The position numbers and the translations under genes are program-made. Shown here piece after piece: positions 41,948 through 52,769 of a stretch of 64,000 nt of DNA. The notes under the pieces are model-generated. The model worked only from the letters and a program-made list of their open reading frames with translations, was not told the DNA's origin and did not search any database. Where the stretch lies: positions 141,546 to 205,545 of the forward strand of contig CAXRCX010000011.1 in NCBI GenBank assembly GCA_964229255.1. Direction: 5' to 3'. Source of the DNA: Porticoccaceae bacterium (GTDB lineage Bacteria; Pseudomonadota; Gammaproteobacteria; Pseudomonadales; Porticoccaceae). The stretch's first letter is position 1. The number at the start of each line of letters is the position of its first letter.

Positions 41948-42718
41948 CTATAACTTAGTCAAATATAACCAGTCAAATCCTTCTTCTTGATCGGCGTAAA
42001 TAATTTGCGCTGAACCCCGATAAACGTATTCTATGGCTTTTTTTACCATGCTTTTATTATTGTTACTCTGGCTGATATGCCCTATTACTAATTGTTTAAT
42101 ACATGCTTGATCAATAACACTGATTAAAGCAGCAGTTTGACTATTGTTTAGATGACCCCATTGACTAGCGACACGATCTTTCAAAAATTTAGGGTATGTT
42201 CCAGCGTTTAGCAACTCTTGATCGTGGTTAGCTTCCACTAATAGACCGTCACATCCGCTGTATTGTTTTTCAATATGGGGGGTAATACAGCCTACATCGG
42301 TTAGTATACCCAAGCGGCAATGATCGTCGACAAAAATATATTGAACGGGCTCTAGGGCATCGTGAGGCACTGGAATGGGTGTAACCTCAATATCACCGAC
42401 TGTAAAGTTTTTATGGCTATCAATTAGCTTTAAACCTGAATAGTCGTTAAAACACAATCCTGTAGCCCTAAGACAACCTGCGGTAATGTATATGTCGATG
42501 CTGTAGCGAGAGGCAAAGGGTAGCACGCCCTTCCAGTGATCACTGTGTTCGTGAGTGACTAATACACCATCTATTGTCTCTGGCGCTATATCTAAACGCT
42601 GTAGACGTCGTACACAGTCTTTAACTGAAAAACCACAGTCGACCATTAGACAGGTATTATTTGAATGAACAATAGTGGCATTTCCCTTGCTGCCACTACC
42701 CAAAGAGGCAAAACGCAC
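41948..42718 (-). CDS. MBL-fold metallo-hydrolase (YycJ/WalJ-like)
   Basis: LGSGSKGNAT, THEHSDH, VPHDA, TDVG, EANHD, GHLNN, GHISQSNN; follows bamC as usual. Confidence 0.9.
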   Translation of the reverse strand: MRFASLGSGSKGNATIVHSNNTCLMVDCGFSVKDCVRRLQRLDIAPETIDGVLVTHEHSDHWKGVLPFASRYSIDIYITAGCLRATGLCFNDYSGLKLIDSHKNFTVGDIEVTPIPVPHDALEPVQYIFVDDHCRLGILTDVGCITPHIEKQYSGCDGLLVEANHDQELLNAGTYPKFLKDRVASQWGHLNNSQTAALISVIDQACIKQLVIGHISQSNNNKSMVKKAIEYVYRGSAQIIYADQEEGFDWLYLTKL

Positions 42719-42732
42719 CTAGATTAACTCAC

Positions 42733-43761
42733 TTATGACATATTGCTTCTAAAGATATTCAATAACTTTAAAGCCTGTTCTTTGTCGATACTATTTCCAT
42801 CGAGACTAACAACTCTGATCTCGACGGTTGCCTCGACCTTCTGAACTAAAATTTGATAGTTGGCCGACAATACTTCATCGTTAATTTTTCTGTTAAACCA
42901 GCTAGAAATTCCTCTGGGGGTTTCTTCTAGTAACTCGTCTGAATAGTTAACCAAAAGCAGACCTTGATCAGAGTCCTGATCAATTAAACTAAAACCGCCG
43001 CGTGACGCCGAGTAATTTACTGCTGCCCAAGTTCTGTCATAGGGTAATTTTACGGAAATATAAGGATCTGCCACCTCAGGATTGATCACCTTAACCTTAG
43101 ACTCTCCACCAATATCTTGTGCAAGCAATGAAACGGATGCGGAGTTGGGCTGCGCCGCTAGCTGATTGGCTAGAAATAGAACCATGTCCTTTTCTTTTTC
43201 ATCGAGATTAGAGATTTCAGGCCATAAAATATTGGATACTTCACTGGCTGGCTTTATATGGTGCAAGACAGAAATTTCAGTACTATTTAACTGGACACCC
43301 GGAGCAATAGTAAACCTAAAGCGATGCTGGTTTTCTTGATCAGAATTATAGGTCAACCAAGCTGTTTCAATAATCCCCTTAGAGCCGTCGGCTGATTGCG
43401 AGGCAATACCGTTACTATTTAGTATATTGCGTACTCGAGGCCATAACTCACTGGGCGAACTATTCACAAGAATCCATCGCTTTTCATCAATTCGTTGGAT
43501 TTTCACTAACTGTTCAAAGGTATTGGCAGATATAGGTTGCGGCCTCGGAACCTCTGCAGAGCTAGAGGACGAGATATCCCCGGCAACCTCAGGTATTGGA
43601 TAGAGCTGTCCAAGTCTGGATGTACTCAACTTTTCAGGAACTACAATTACCTGGGTTTCTTTTGCCTGTAGATACTCACTGCGATGATCATCCAGCCCCA
43701 ACCAACTGCATCCACCCAAGGGCAAACAGAGGATTACAATTAGTCGAAAAATAGTACTCAT
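42733..43761 (-). CDS. bamC: Outer-membrane assembly lipoprotein BamC (NlpB/DapX)
   Basis: Lipobox LGGC, LYPIP, WPRV, DQDSDQG.L; directly downstream of dapA. Confidence 0.82.
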   Translation of the reverse strand: MSTIFRLIVILCLPLGGCSWLGLDDHRSEYLQAKETQVIVVPEKLSTSRLGQLYPIPEVAGDISSSSSAEVPRPQPISANTFEQLVKIQRIDEKRWILVNSSPSELWPRVRNILNSNGIASQSADGSKGIIETAWLTYNSDQENQHRFRFTIAPGVQLNSTEISVLHHIKPASEVSNILWPEISNLDEKEKDMVLFLANQLAAQPNSASVSLLAQDIGGESKVKVINPEVADPYISVKLPYDRTWAAVNYSASRGGFSLIDQDSDQGLLLVNYSDELLEETPRGISSWFNRKINDEVLSANYQILVQKVEATVEIRVVSLDGNSIDKEQALKLLNIFRSNMS

Positions 43762-43789
43762 ACCAAACCCTAATATTATTTTAGTTTTT

Positions 43790-44668
43790 TTACAGTAAAT
43801 CAGCTGCTTTTAAAGCCTGCAATACTTTGACCTGATTTGATGCGGAAAGTTGCGTTAATGGCAGCCTAATTGCATCGCTAATCATCCCCTGCTGACTGAC
43901 TGCCCATTTAACCGGAATCGGGTTTGACTCAACAAACATTGCATCGTGCACTGGTAGCAGCTGCCTATCTATAACAAGGGCCTTTTCGGCATCACCACTG
44001 AGCGCAGCTTCGCACATCTGAGACATTTTTCTAGGCGCGACATTGGCGGTTACAGATATATCTCCATGCCCACCCAATAAAATTAATTCGCGGGCGCTGT
44101 GGTCATCCCCAGAATAGATAGCGAAATTATCTGGAGCCTGATCTATCAGCTCGGCTGCGCGAGCCAAATCACCAGTGGCTTCTTTGATACCCACTATATT
44201 TTCTATAGCACTCAGACGGATAACTGTTTCCGGCAACATATCACAGGCTGTACGACCGGGAACATTGTATAGAATTTGCGCAATATCTACTGCCTCGGCA
44301 ATCGATTTAAAATGCTGATAGAGGCCTTCTTGAGTTGGCTTGTTATAGTATGGAGTAACTAGCAAACAGGCATCAGCACCAGCTGTTTTCGCGGCTTCCG
44401 TCAGCTCTATAGCCTCTCTTGTACAGTTTGCACCTGTACCCGCTATAACCGCTATACGACCACTGGAAATTTCCACCACCGCCTTGATAACCTGACTGTG
44501 CTCCTCAACACTCAGTGTCGCTGACTCACCCGTAGTGCCGACGGCAACTATGGCATGGGTACCCTGCTCTATATGCCATTCTATCAGGCGCTCTAGGGCA
44601 TCCCAGTCGACATCTAAACTGTCTGGAATCATGGGCGTCACCAGTGCGACAATACTTCCAGTTATCAT
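43790..44668 (-). CDS. dapA: 4-hydroxy-tetrahydrodipicolinate synthase
   Basis: GSIVALVTPM, GTTGESATL, PYYNKP, LYNVPGRT, GIKEATG, SGDD, ESNPIPVK. Confidence 0.98.
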   Translation of the reverse strand: MITGSIVALVTPMIPDSLDVDWDALERLIEWHIEQGTHAIVAVGTTGESATLSVEEHSQVIKAVVEISSGRIAVIAGTGANCTREAIELTEAAKTAGADACLLVTPYYNKPTQEGLYQHFKSIAEAVDIAQILYNVPGRTACDMLPETVIRLSAIENIVGIKEATGDLARAAELIDQAPDNFAIYSGDDHSARELILLGGHGDISVTANVAPRKMSQMCEAALSGDAEKALVIDRQLLPVHDAMFVESNPIPVKWAVSQQGMISDAIRLPLTQLSASNQVKVLQALKAADLL

Positions 44669-44762
44669 TTTTGCTCCTTAAGGTAGCTACATATACTTAT
44701 TTGTAAATCACTGCTAGAAGTCTATGCCTCAGCAATTTAATAATAGCATTTAATGGAATTTA

Positions 44763-45707
44763 CTACGCCTTCCCAGCGGGGATATTATAGTAATCTTTTT
44801 CACCCTGTGGGCGATTTTTAAATCTGCGATGCACCCAAAGATACTGATCGGGTTGCGCCCTAACATATTGCTCAACCAGTTGATTAATTCTGCAGGTATC
44901 ACTGAAAATATCATCGGAAGGAAAATTATCCAATGCTGCTTCTATAGTTACCTTGTAGCCCCCTGCATTAGGTAGCCTAGTAAATGTTACCGGGATCACC
45001 GAGGCATTAGTTTTCATAGCCATGCGGGAGGTGGCGTGAACCGTTGCCGCAGATATGCCAAAAAATGGCGCAAACAAACTTTGGTTGAGACCATAATCTT
45101 GATCTGGCAAATACCAGAGTACGCGACCGTTGCGCAAACATTTTAGGGTGCCTCGCATATCCTTGCGGTCGAACAAATTACAACCACTGACATTGTGGCT
45201 AACCCTACCTTTAAGCTGAATATAATCATAGACCGGATTAGAGTGGGCCTTATACATGCCATCAATCTCAATAGCACTGGTCAATGCTGCACCACCGATC
45301 TCAAGGGTAGTGAAGTGCATACCCACAAGAATAACGCCTCTGTCAGTGGCGCGCTGTAAGTGCTCTAATCCCTCTAGGGTTACCCACTTTTGCAGGCGTT
45401 GTTTGGGCCACCACCAGGCCATACCCACTTCCATCAGGGCAATACCCATACTGCGAAAGTTATCTCTCAGCAATGACTTTCTTTCGGACGCATCCAACTC
45501 TGGGAAACACAGTGCAATATTAGTGCGAGCAATATGTTTGCGTCTGGTTGGCAGTAAATACAGCAATAACCCTATGCCCTGACCTAAAACATACAAGACT
45601 CTATAGGGCAGTATGGTAACTAGACGCCAAACACCGAGCCAGAACCAAGTTATCCAATAGCGCGGGTGTAAAAAAACCGCTTTAAACTTGGTGTTTTTGG
45701 AGGCCAT
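44763..45707 (-). CDS. lpxL: Lipid A late acyltransferase (LpxL/LpxP family)
   Basis: HFTTLE (Hx4E), YLPDQDYG, PFFG, PDQYLWVHRRFKNRP. Confidence 0.88.
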   Translation of the reverse strand: MASKNTKFKAVFLHPRYWITWFWLGVWRLVTILPYRVLYVLGQGIGLLLYLLPTRRKHIARTNIALCFPELDASERKSLLRDNFRSMGIALMEVGMAWWWPKQRLQKWVTLEGLEHLQRATDRGVILVGMHFTTLEIGGAALTSAIEIDGMYKAHSNPVYDYIQLKGRVSHNVSGCNLFDRKDMRGTLKCLRNGRVLWYLPDQDYGLNQSLFAPFFGISAATVHATSRMAMKTNASVIPVTFTRLPNAGGYKVTIEAALDNFPSDDIFSDTCRINQLVEQYVRAQPDQYLWVHRRFKNRPQGEKDYYNIPAGKA

Positions 45708-45730
45708 AACAGGTGCTCTAGGCTAACTCA

Positions 45731-46918
45731 TCAAACCATCTGTGAGATTGGAACATCGGGGTTAACATCAGCATCGTAGTCAACACCATCAATTTCAAAG
45801 CCAAATAGATTTAAAAACTCTTGCTTGTAGCCCTCTAAATCGGTCAACTCATCCAGTGTCTCGTCGCTAATAGCCGCCCAGCTTTGCGTCACTGCATCTT
45901 GAATTTCCGGAGTGAGTTCTAGCTCATCAACACGCAGACGGCCCTCTTCATCCAAACGCGGCGAATCAGTATATAAGCACTCCGTAAACAGACGATAGAG
46001 CTGCTCTATACAGCCCTCATGGGTGCCATTTTTCTTCATCTCTTTAAATAGCATTGCAAGGTATAGCGGCATAATGGGTATGGCTGAGCTAGCTTGAGTA
46101 ACCACGGCTTTAAGCACTGAAACACGAGCGTCGCCACCCGATGCCTGTAATTGATCGCGAATAGACAGTACTTTTTTATCCAGATCTTTTTTAGCCTGAC
46201 CAATTGTGCCATCCCAGTAGAGATCCCAAGTAATTTTTTCGCCAATATAGGTAAAGGCGGTTGTCTTAGCGCCATCTGCCAAGACCCCTGCTTGTTGTAG
46301 CGCATCGGTCCACATCTGCCAGTCTTCACCACCCATCACGGCGACTGTATCGTCGATCTCCTGCTGACTGGCAGCTTCAAGACTAAACTCCTGAACCTCT
46401 TCTTTATCGGTGTTAACCCCCAGCATGGTGACATCTTTGCCAACGGGCTTAAGGGTAGAATTATAGACCTCACCCGTATCTGGGTGCTGACGACGTGGCG
46501 CTGCAAGACTGTAAATTACTAGATCGACTTGACCCAAGTCTTGCTTAATAGTGTCGATGGTTTTTTGCTTGATTTGATTGGAAAACGCATCGCCATTGAT
46601 ACTCTTAGCATAGAGACCCTGCTCTTCAGCCTTTTTATGAAATGCCGCACTGTTATACCAACCGGCAGTACCTGGCTTTTTTTCCGTACCGGGCTTTTCA
46701 AAGAAAATACCCAGTGTAGATGCGCCACCGCCAAAAGCAGCTGAAATTCGCGCTGCAAGACCATATCCAGTTGATGAACCTATCACTAGCACTCGCTTGG
46801 GCATGTCAATTGCAGGTTGAGATTTCACATAATTGATTTGATTAACTACATTAGCCTCACAGCCAGTTGGGTGAGTTGTAATACACATAAAGCCGCGTAC
46901 GCGAGGTTTAATAATCAT
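45731..46918 (-). CDS. fabV: Enoyl-ACP/CoA reductase FabV
   Basis: [34 protein letters not shown], Yx8K catalytic motif ([10 protein letters not shown]), FLNLFGF. Confidence 0.96.
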   Translation of the reverse strand: MIIKPRVRGFMCITTHPTGCEANVVNQINYVKSQPAIDMPKRVLVIGSSTGYGLAARISAAFGGGASTLGIFFEKPGTEKKPGTAGWYNSAAFHKKAEEQGLYAKSINGDAFSNQIKQKTIDTIKQDLGQVDLVIYSLAAPRRQHPDTGEVYNSTLKPVGKDVTMLGVNTDKEEVQEFSLEAASQQEIDDTVAVMGGEDWQMWTDALQQAGVLADGAKTTAFTYIGEKITWDLYWDGTIGQAKKDLDKKVLSIRDQLQASGGDARVSVLKAVVTQASSAIPIMPLYLAMLFKEMKKNGTHEGCIEQLYRLFTECLYTDSPRLDEEGRLRVDELELTPEIQDAVTQSWAAISDETLDELTDLEGYKQEFLNLFGFEIDGVDYDADVNPDVPISQMV

Positions 46919-47081
46919 CAATTGCTCTCCAAATAAAATTTTTATATGACTTAAGCATAAAGTCTACTTCCAAGCCGCCTATCATACCTTAAATCTTGAT
47001 AAAACTCTTAACTAAGACCAATAAATTTTCCATGTCTACAGTCAATTAGATAATCCTTTATATATGGCATCAGTAATCTTA

Positions 47082-48082
47082 TTAAACCTGTTTACAATTG
47101 AGCTTAGCGATTTCTAATTCTAGATGTTTTATGCGCTTTGCCATTTGCTCGAGTTGCTTAAATCGAGTGGCGTTGCGCGACCATTTATGATTTTAATCCA
47201 TCGCTGTACCCGATGAATATACCCACGGTTTAGGAATAGAGTGAGTGACTAGAGACATCGTCGTAATATGGACGTTATCGGCTAGGGTCAAATGACCAGC
47301 AACGCCACAGGCACGAGCAGTGGTGCAATACTTGCCCAACGTTGTACTACCTGCGATACCGGTACAGGCCGCGATAGCAGTACAGTCCCCAAGCTGAACA
47401 TTGTGACCAATTTGTATTTGATTATCCAATTTAACACCATTACCTATTATGGTGTCAGTTAGTGTCCCCCGATCTATTGTTGTGCCAGCTCCTATATCGA
47501 CATTATCACCAATGCTAACACTGGCTAGCTGAGCTACTTTAATCCAGTTAGAGCCATCTTTTGCAAAACCAAAGCCATCTGTACCTATTACAGCACCGCT
47601 GTGAATAATACACTGCGCACCTATTTTAACTCGGTGGTATAAGGTTACATTAGCCGCAATCTTGGTATAGTCGCCGACCTTTGCATGCGCTTCTACAACT
47701 GTATTTGCACCAACAGAAACACAATTACCCAAGGTTACATTAGGTCCTATAAACACACCCGGAGCTAAATTAACACCACTGCCCAACACTGCAGTAGGGT
47801 CAATTCGAGCAGTTTTGCAAAGCCGACGTAGGGATTATCCAACAACAGGCAATTACCCGTATAAAATTTGGCATGTTCAGGCTGCAAAATAACCGCACCC
47901 GCGTGATAATTGCCGAGCTGTTGCCTATATTTCATATTAGCTAAAAAGCTGACCTGATTGGGCATAGCGCTGACGAGTGTGGCCAAACCTGTAACCACAT
48001 AGTCTGGATCACCCTTTAATGTGGCACCTATTTGTTTGGCTATGGCACCCAAGGTTAACCGACTCAATGATATGAACCCCAA
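47082..48082 (-). pseudogene. lpxD: Disrupted LpxD (UDP-3-O-acylglucosamine N-acyltransferase) copy
   Basis: N-terminal domain (SFLANMKY, DNPYVGFAK) in one frame; shift near 47812-47820 into hexapeptide repeats (TARIDPTAVLG, IGTDGFGF, TIDRGT, KLDNQIQIGHN); in-frame TAA at 47193-95; C-terminal helix NHKWSRNATRFKQLEQMAKRIKHLE continues in frame to TAA at 47082. Confidence 0.88.
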
Positions 48083-48298
48083 ATATCAATCCGAAAAAGT
48101 ATTGAGGCTCTAGTAGAATTTTGGCTACTGATAACTGAGGACAAGCGTTTAAATTGAGTAGCTAATTGTGAGCGCTGCGGGAGCGAGAGTGGCAAAAAAC
48201 CGTTTGTCATAACTGCTTCTACACCTAGAAACTTTTATACCTACAGCCAATATAGTTTAAAAGTCTCTCGGTGTTTACAATCAATTTACTATTAAATT

Positions 48299-49936
48299 TT
48301 ATAGGGTCATATGGCGGATATCGCTGAGGATTTTGACCAGATAGGTCATAAATCGGCCGGCATCGCCACCATTGATTACACGGTGATCGTACGATAGTGC
48401 CAGAGGTAACATCAATCTTGGCTGGAATTCAGAGCCATCCCAAATAGGTTTCATCTGAGATTTTGAAACGCCAAGAATGCCAACCTCAGGGCTATTTACG
48501 ATTGGGGTAAAGCCATTACCGCCAATTGCCCCTAAGCTGGAGATTGTAAAACAGCCCCCTTGCATGTCACTAGGCTTGAGTTTTCCTTCACGAGCAAGTG
48601 TTGCCATATTGATGACATCCGACGATATCTTCCAGATACCTTTCTTATCGGCATCTTTGATAACTGGAACAACAAGGCCGCGAGGTGTATCTACCGCCAT
48701 TCCAATATTGATGTAATGCTTTTGGATATAATTTTCACCGTCACCAGCAAGTGAACGATTAAACTCTGGATTAGCTGCCAATGCTGCGGCAGCAGCTTTG
48801 ATTAGGAAAGAAACTGGCGTAACTTTGATCCCGCGCTTTTCACCCTCAATTTTGAGTGATTTGCGGAAGGTTTCAAGATCAGTAATATCGGCGTCATCAA
48901 ACTGGGTAACATGAGGCACATTCAGCCAGTTGCGCTGCATATTATCCGCTGTAACTTTCTGAATTTTGCTTAATTTAACTGTTTCAATTTCGCCGAATTG
49001 ACTGAAATCGATTGCAGGAACATCAGGAATACCGGCGCCGCCAGAAGACTTTGAGCCTGACTGCAGGGCAGATTTAACAAAGTTATTGACGTCGTCTTTC
49101 TGGATTCGACCCCTTGGACCAGTTCCGGCTAACTGAGATAGATCAACACCAAGCTCTCTCGCTAGCAAACGAACCGCTGGACCGGCATAGATTTCTGCTG
49201 AATCATTAGCTACTGGAGCTGGGACTGCAGCAGGTTTAGTGGCAGGTGTTGCCACAGGTGCAGGTGCAACTGGAGCTGGATCAGCTTTTGGCTGAGGTTC
49301 AGCCTGAACCTCAGGTTCAACTTCTGTGGCACCGCCACTAGCTACCTCAATAACTGCAACTTGATCGCCAGTACCGAGCTTGTCGCCCTCTTTGGCAATC
49401 ATTGATACAACTGTCCCGGTCAGCGTTGAGGGTACGTCCATTGTGGCCTTATCTGACTCGAGTACTACAAGAGTATCGCCCTCTTCTACCTGATCGCCTA
49501 CGGCAACAGACACTTCAATTAATTCAACTTTGTCATCACTACCGATATCTGGAACCAGGGCAATCAGTTCTGAGGTAGTTGCTTCGCTACTGGCTACAGC
49601 TTCAACAGCGGGTTCTGCGGTAGTTTCTTCAACAGCAGGCTCAGGCTCTGCTGCAGCGGGCTCTGACGACGCAGCGGGTTCTGCAGCCACACCGGCACTA
49701 GCAGTTTCGACTTCAGCGATTGGATCACCAACCTTGACTGTATCGCCCTCTGCTACCAAATATTTAACCACTGAGCCATCCACTGGACTAGGCACATCCA
49801 TCGAAGCCTTGTCAGATTCAAGAACTACCAGAGAGTCTTCTTGCTCAACGGTATCGCCTGCAGAAACACAAAGCTCGATAACTTCAACCGACTCTGCACC
49901 GCCCAAATCTGGAATTGTTACAATTTCTATTGCCAC
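48299..49936 (-). CDS. aceF: Pyruvate dehydrogenase E2, two lipoyl domains
   Basis: LESDKASMDVP and LESDKATMDVP lipoyl motifs, YAGPAVR E3-binding domain, catalytic YDHRVING; GTG start. Confidence 0.97.
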   Translation of the reverse strand: MAIEIVTIPDLGGAESVEVIELCVSAGDTVEQEDSLVVLESDKASMDVPSPVDGSVVKYLVAEGDTVKVGDPIAEVETASAGVAAEPAASSEPAAAEPEPAVEETTAEPAVEAVASSEATTSELIALVPDIGSDDKVELIEVSVAVGDQVEEGDTLVVLESDKATMDVPSTLTGTVVSMIAKEGDKLGTGDQVAVIEVASGGATEVEPEVQAEPQPKADPAPVAPAPVATPATKPAAVPAPVANDSAEIYAGPAVRLLARELGVDLSQLAGTGPRGRIQKDDVNNFVKSALQSGSKSSGGAGIPDVPAIDFSQFGEIETVKLSKIQKVTADNMQRNWLNVPHVTQFDDADITDLETFRKSLKIEGEKRGIKVTPVSFLIKAAAAALAANPEFNRSLAGDGENYIQKHYINIGMAVDTPRGLVVPVIKDADKKGIWKISSDVINMATLAREGKLKPSDMQGGCFTISSLGAIGGNGFTPIVNSPEVGILGVSKSQMKPIWDGSEFQPRLMLPLALSYDHRVINGGDAGRFMTYLVKILSDIRHMTL

Positions 49937-49991
49937 TTAATATGCCCTTTATAAATAGAATTTCTGTTAGTGTTAGTTACAGTTTCAACTA

Positions 49992-52640
49992 TTACAAAAA
50001 CAATGGATTGGGTTTTTCTGGATCTATGCCCAATGTTTTAATCGCTTTTTCTACAACCGTTGCTTTAATTGTACCCTGATCTGACAGTGCTTTTAGCGCT
50101 GAAATCACAACAAAATTACGATCAACTTCAAAGAAATGACGAAGTGCAGCACGGCTGTCACTGCGACCAAAACCATCCGTACCTAGAACATAAAACGGCT
50201 GCTCAATGTAAGCGCGCATTTGTTCAGAGTAGGCTTTCATATAGTCAGTCGAGGCAATTACCGGCGCTTTACAGTCACCTAATTGCTCGGTGATATAAGC
50301 CTTTTTGGCCTTTTTAGTTGGGTGGAGTAGATTCCAGCGATCAACCGCCTGACCCTCGCGCACCAACTCGTTGACACTAGTAAGGCTCCAAATATCAGAC
50401 TCAACATCAAACTGATCTTTAAGAATTTCTGCAGCCGCAATAACTTCATTCAGGATTGTACCCGCACCCATAAGAGTAACTTTCTTGTCGCCTTTGCCGG
50501 CTTCTGCAAACTTATACATACCCTTGACTATCCCCTCTTCTGCACCCTCTGGCATTGCAGGTTGGGTATAGTTTTCATTCATAGTTGTCAGATAGTAGAA
50601 ACAATTTTCTTGGTCCTCAAACATGCGTTTGACGCCATCTTGAACAATCACTGCTAACTCATAGCTAAATGTTGCATCGTAACTCTTACAGTTTGGAATT
50701 GTATTCGCCAAAATAAGACTGTGACCATCCTGATGCTGAAGACCCTCACCGTTTAGAGTAGTCCGTCCAGCAGTGGCTCCGATTAGGAAGCCTCTAGCCT
50801 GACTGTCACCAGAAGCCCATGCAAGGTCACCAATACGCTGAAAGCCGAACATTGAGTAGAAGATATAAAACGGAATCATTGGACATGAATTAGTGCTGTA
50901 AGAAGTAGCAAGCGCCAACCAAGCTGACATAGCACCAGCTTCGTTAATGCCCTCTTCGAGAATCACACCTTTTTTATCTTCTTTGTAATACATGATTTGC
51001 TGATGGTCATGGGGAACATATTTCTGACCAGCAGAGGTGTAAATACCCAACTGACGGAACATTCCTTCCATACCAAAGGTTCGCGCCTCATCGGGTACAA
51101 TAGGTACCACGCGACTGCCGATATTCTTGTCTTTAACCAGTGATGACAAAACGCGGACAAATGCCATAGTGGTCGATATTTCACGCTCACCAGAACTCTC
51201 TAACTGCTTCTTAAAGGCACTTAGAGGCGGCGCTGTCATTGGCTCAAAGTCAGCTTTACGCGCTGGAAGCGGGCCGCCAAGCTCTTGGCGTCGGCTCTGC
51301 ATGTAGACCAATTCTGGACTATCTTTCGCCGGCTTGTAGTAAGGGACAGTTTCAAGCTGATCATCGGGAATTGGAATGCCAAAACGATCGCGGAATTTGC
51401 GCAAGCTGTCCATATCCAGTTTTTTCACTGAGTGGGTATCGTTGGCCGCTTCTCCGGCATCACCGAGACCATAACCCTTAACGGTCTGGGCAAGAATAAC
51501 TGTTGGCTTGCCCTTGCTAGCAGAAGCCTCGGCATAGGCAGCGTAAACTTTATACGGGTCGTGACCACCGCGATTAAGGGCCATAATCTGGTCGTCGGTC
51601 ATATCTTTGACCAACTCTAGTAACTCTGGATATTTACCAAAGAAATGCTCGCGAGTGTAAGCACCACCGTTATACTTGTAGTTTTGTAGCTCACCATCAC
51701 ATACTTCATTCATACGCTTGAGAAGCAGACCAGACTTATCCTTTTCAAGAAGCTGATCCCAGTGACGTCCCCAGACAACTTTAATAACATTCCAACCAGC
51801 ACCACGGAAAACACCTTCGAGCTCTTGCATTATCTTGCCATTGCCGCGTACAGGGCCATCGAGACGCTGTAGGTTACAGTTAATAACAAAAACAAGATTT
51901 TCAAGTTCCTCGCGCCCAGCTAGAGAGATAGCGCCTAAACTTTCTGGCTCATCACATTCACCATCACCGAGGAAGGCCCATACCTTGCGATCACCACGAG
52001 CGACAAGGCCCCTAGCAGATAGGTAACGCATAACGTGCGCTTGATAAATGGCCTGAATAGGACCAAGCCCCATAGATACAGTAGGGAATTGCCAGTAGTC
52101 AGGCATCAACCATGGATGGGGATAGGAAGATAGGCCATTGCCGTCAACTTCGCGACGGAAGCTGTCTAGCTGATCCTCTGAAAGCCGGCCCTCTAGGAAG
52201 GATCTAGCATACATACCAGGAGCGCTGTGCCCTTGGAAGAATACCAAATCACCTAGGTTTTCACCTTCGGAACCCCTAAAGAAGTAGTTAAAACCAATAT
52301 CGTACAGTGTGGCAGCTGAGGAGAAGCTGGCAATGTGACCACCTATACCCTCACTTTGCTTATTGGCACGCATAACCATTGCAAGCGCATTCCAGCGGAT
52401 CAGAGACCTAATGCGACGCTCCATAAACAGATCACCCGGCATAACTTTTTCTTTATTAGCAGGGATTGTGTTGCAATAGGGCGTTGTAATCGATTGCGGC
52501 AAACCAACACCCGTGTTAGTGGCACGGGCTTGCAATTGACTGAGTATATAAGAAGCTCTTTCACTTCCCTGAGCGCGACAAATTGAATCAAACGCTTCTA
52601 ACCATTCTTGGGTTTCTGTTGGATCTAAATCCTGAGACAT
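49992..52640 (-). CDS. aceE: Pyruvate dehydrogenase E1 (homodimeric)
   Basis: DPTETQEW, GGHIAS, FQGH, PTVSMGLG, GDGE...NCNLQRLDG, GEGLQHQDG, GTDGFGRSD. Confidence 0.98.
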   Translation of the reverse strand: MSQDLDPTETQEWLEAFDSICRAQGSERASYILSQLQARATNTGVGLPQSITTPYCNTIPANKEKVMPGDLFMERRIRSLIRWNALAMVMRANKQSEGIGGHIASFSSAATLYDIGFNYFFRGSEGENLGDLVFFQGHSAPGMYARSFLEGRLSEDQLDSFRREVDGNGLSSYPHPWLMPDYWQFPTVSMGLGPIQAIYQAHVMRYLSARGLVARGDRKVWAFLGDGECDEPESLGAISLAGREELENLVFVINCNLQRLDGPVRGNGKIMQELEGVFRGAGWNVIKVVWGRHWDQLLEKDKSGLLLKRMNEVCDGELQNYKYNGGAYTREHFFGKYPELLELVKDMTDDQIMALNRGGHDPYKVYAAYAEASASKGKPTVILAQTVKGYGLGDAGEAANDTHSVKKLDMDSLRKFRDRFGIPIPDDQLETVPYYKPAKDSPELVYMQSRRQELGGPLPARKADFEPMTAPPLSAFKKQLESSGEREISTTMAFVRVLSSLVKDKNIGSRVVPIVPDEARTFGMEGMFRQLGIYTSAGQKYVPHDHQQIMYYKEDKKGVILEEGINEAGAMSAWLALATSYSTNSCPMIPFYIFYSMFGFQRIGDLAWASGDSQARGFLIGATAGRTTLNGEGLQHQDGHSLILANTIPNCKSYDATFSYELAVIVQDGVKRMFEDQENCFYYLTTMNENYTQPAMPEGAEEGIVKGMYKFAEAGKGDKKVTLMGAGTILNEVIAAAEILKDQFDVESDIWSLTSVNELVREGQAVDRWNLLHPTKKAKKAYITEQLGDCKAPVIASTDYMKAYSEQMRAYIEQPFYVLGTDGFGRSDSRAALRHFFEVDRNFVVISALKALSDQGTIKATVVEKAIKTLGIDPEKPNPLFL

Positions 52641-52740
52641 GCGGCACCAATCATTGTAATTAATTCAGTTTAAAGAGGTCTTACAAAACTGTCTTGTGTC
52701 CTTTAAATACGGACAGTCTGACCCTCTAATGAAGGCGCAT

Positions 52741-52769
52741 ATAATAATGTAGTGAGGCTACAAAATCAA
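52741..52769 (-). promoter_or_regulatory. aceE sigma70 promoter with palindromic operator (52748-52762) in the spacer
   Basis: Minus strand TTGATT-17 bp-TATTAT, then GC-rich ATGCGCC; the spacer contains TGTAG-N5-CTACA. Confidence 0.65.

Noticed and set aside
48096-48210. ~48-codon minus-strand ORF (MTNGFLPLSLPQ...) upstream of the lpxD relic; coordinates approximate
   Set aside because: Checked as a possible skp/ompH remnant; no similarity seen and no convincing RBS.
49530-49940. 136-aa plus-strand Ser/Ala-rich ORF
   Set aside because: Antisense reading of the Ala/Glu/Pro-rich linkers of aceF.
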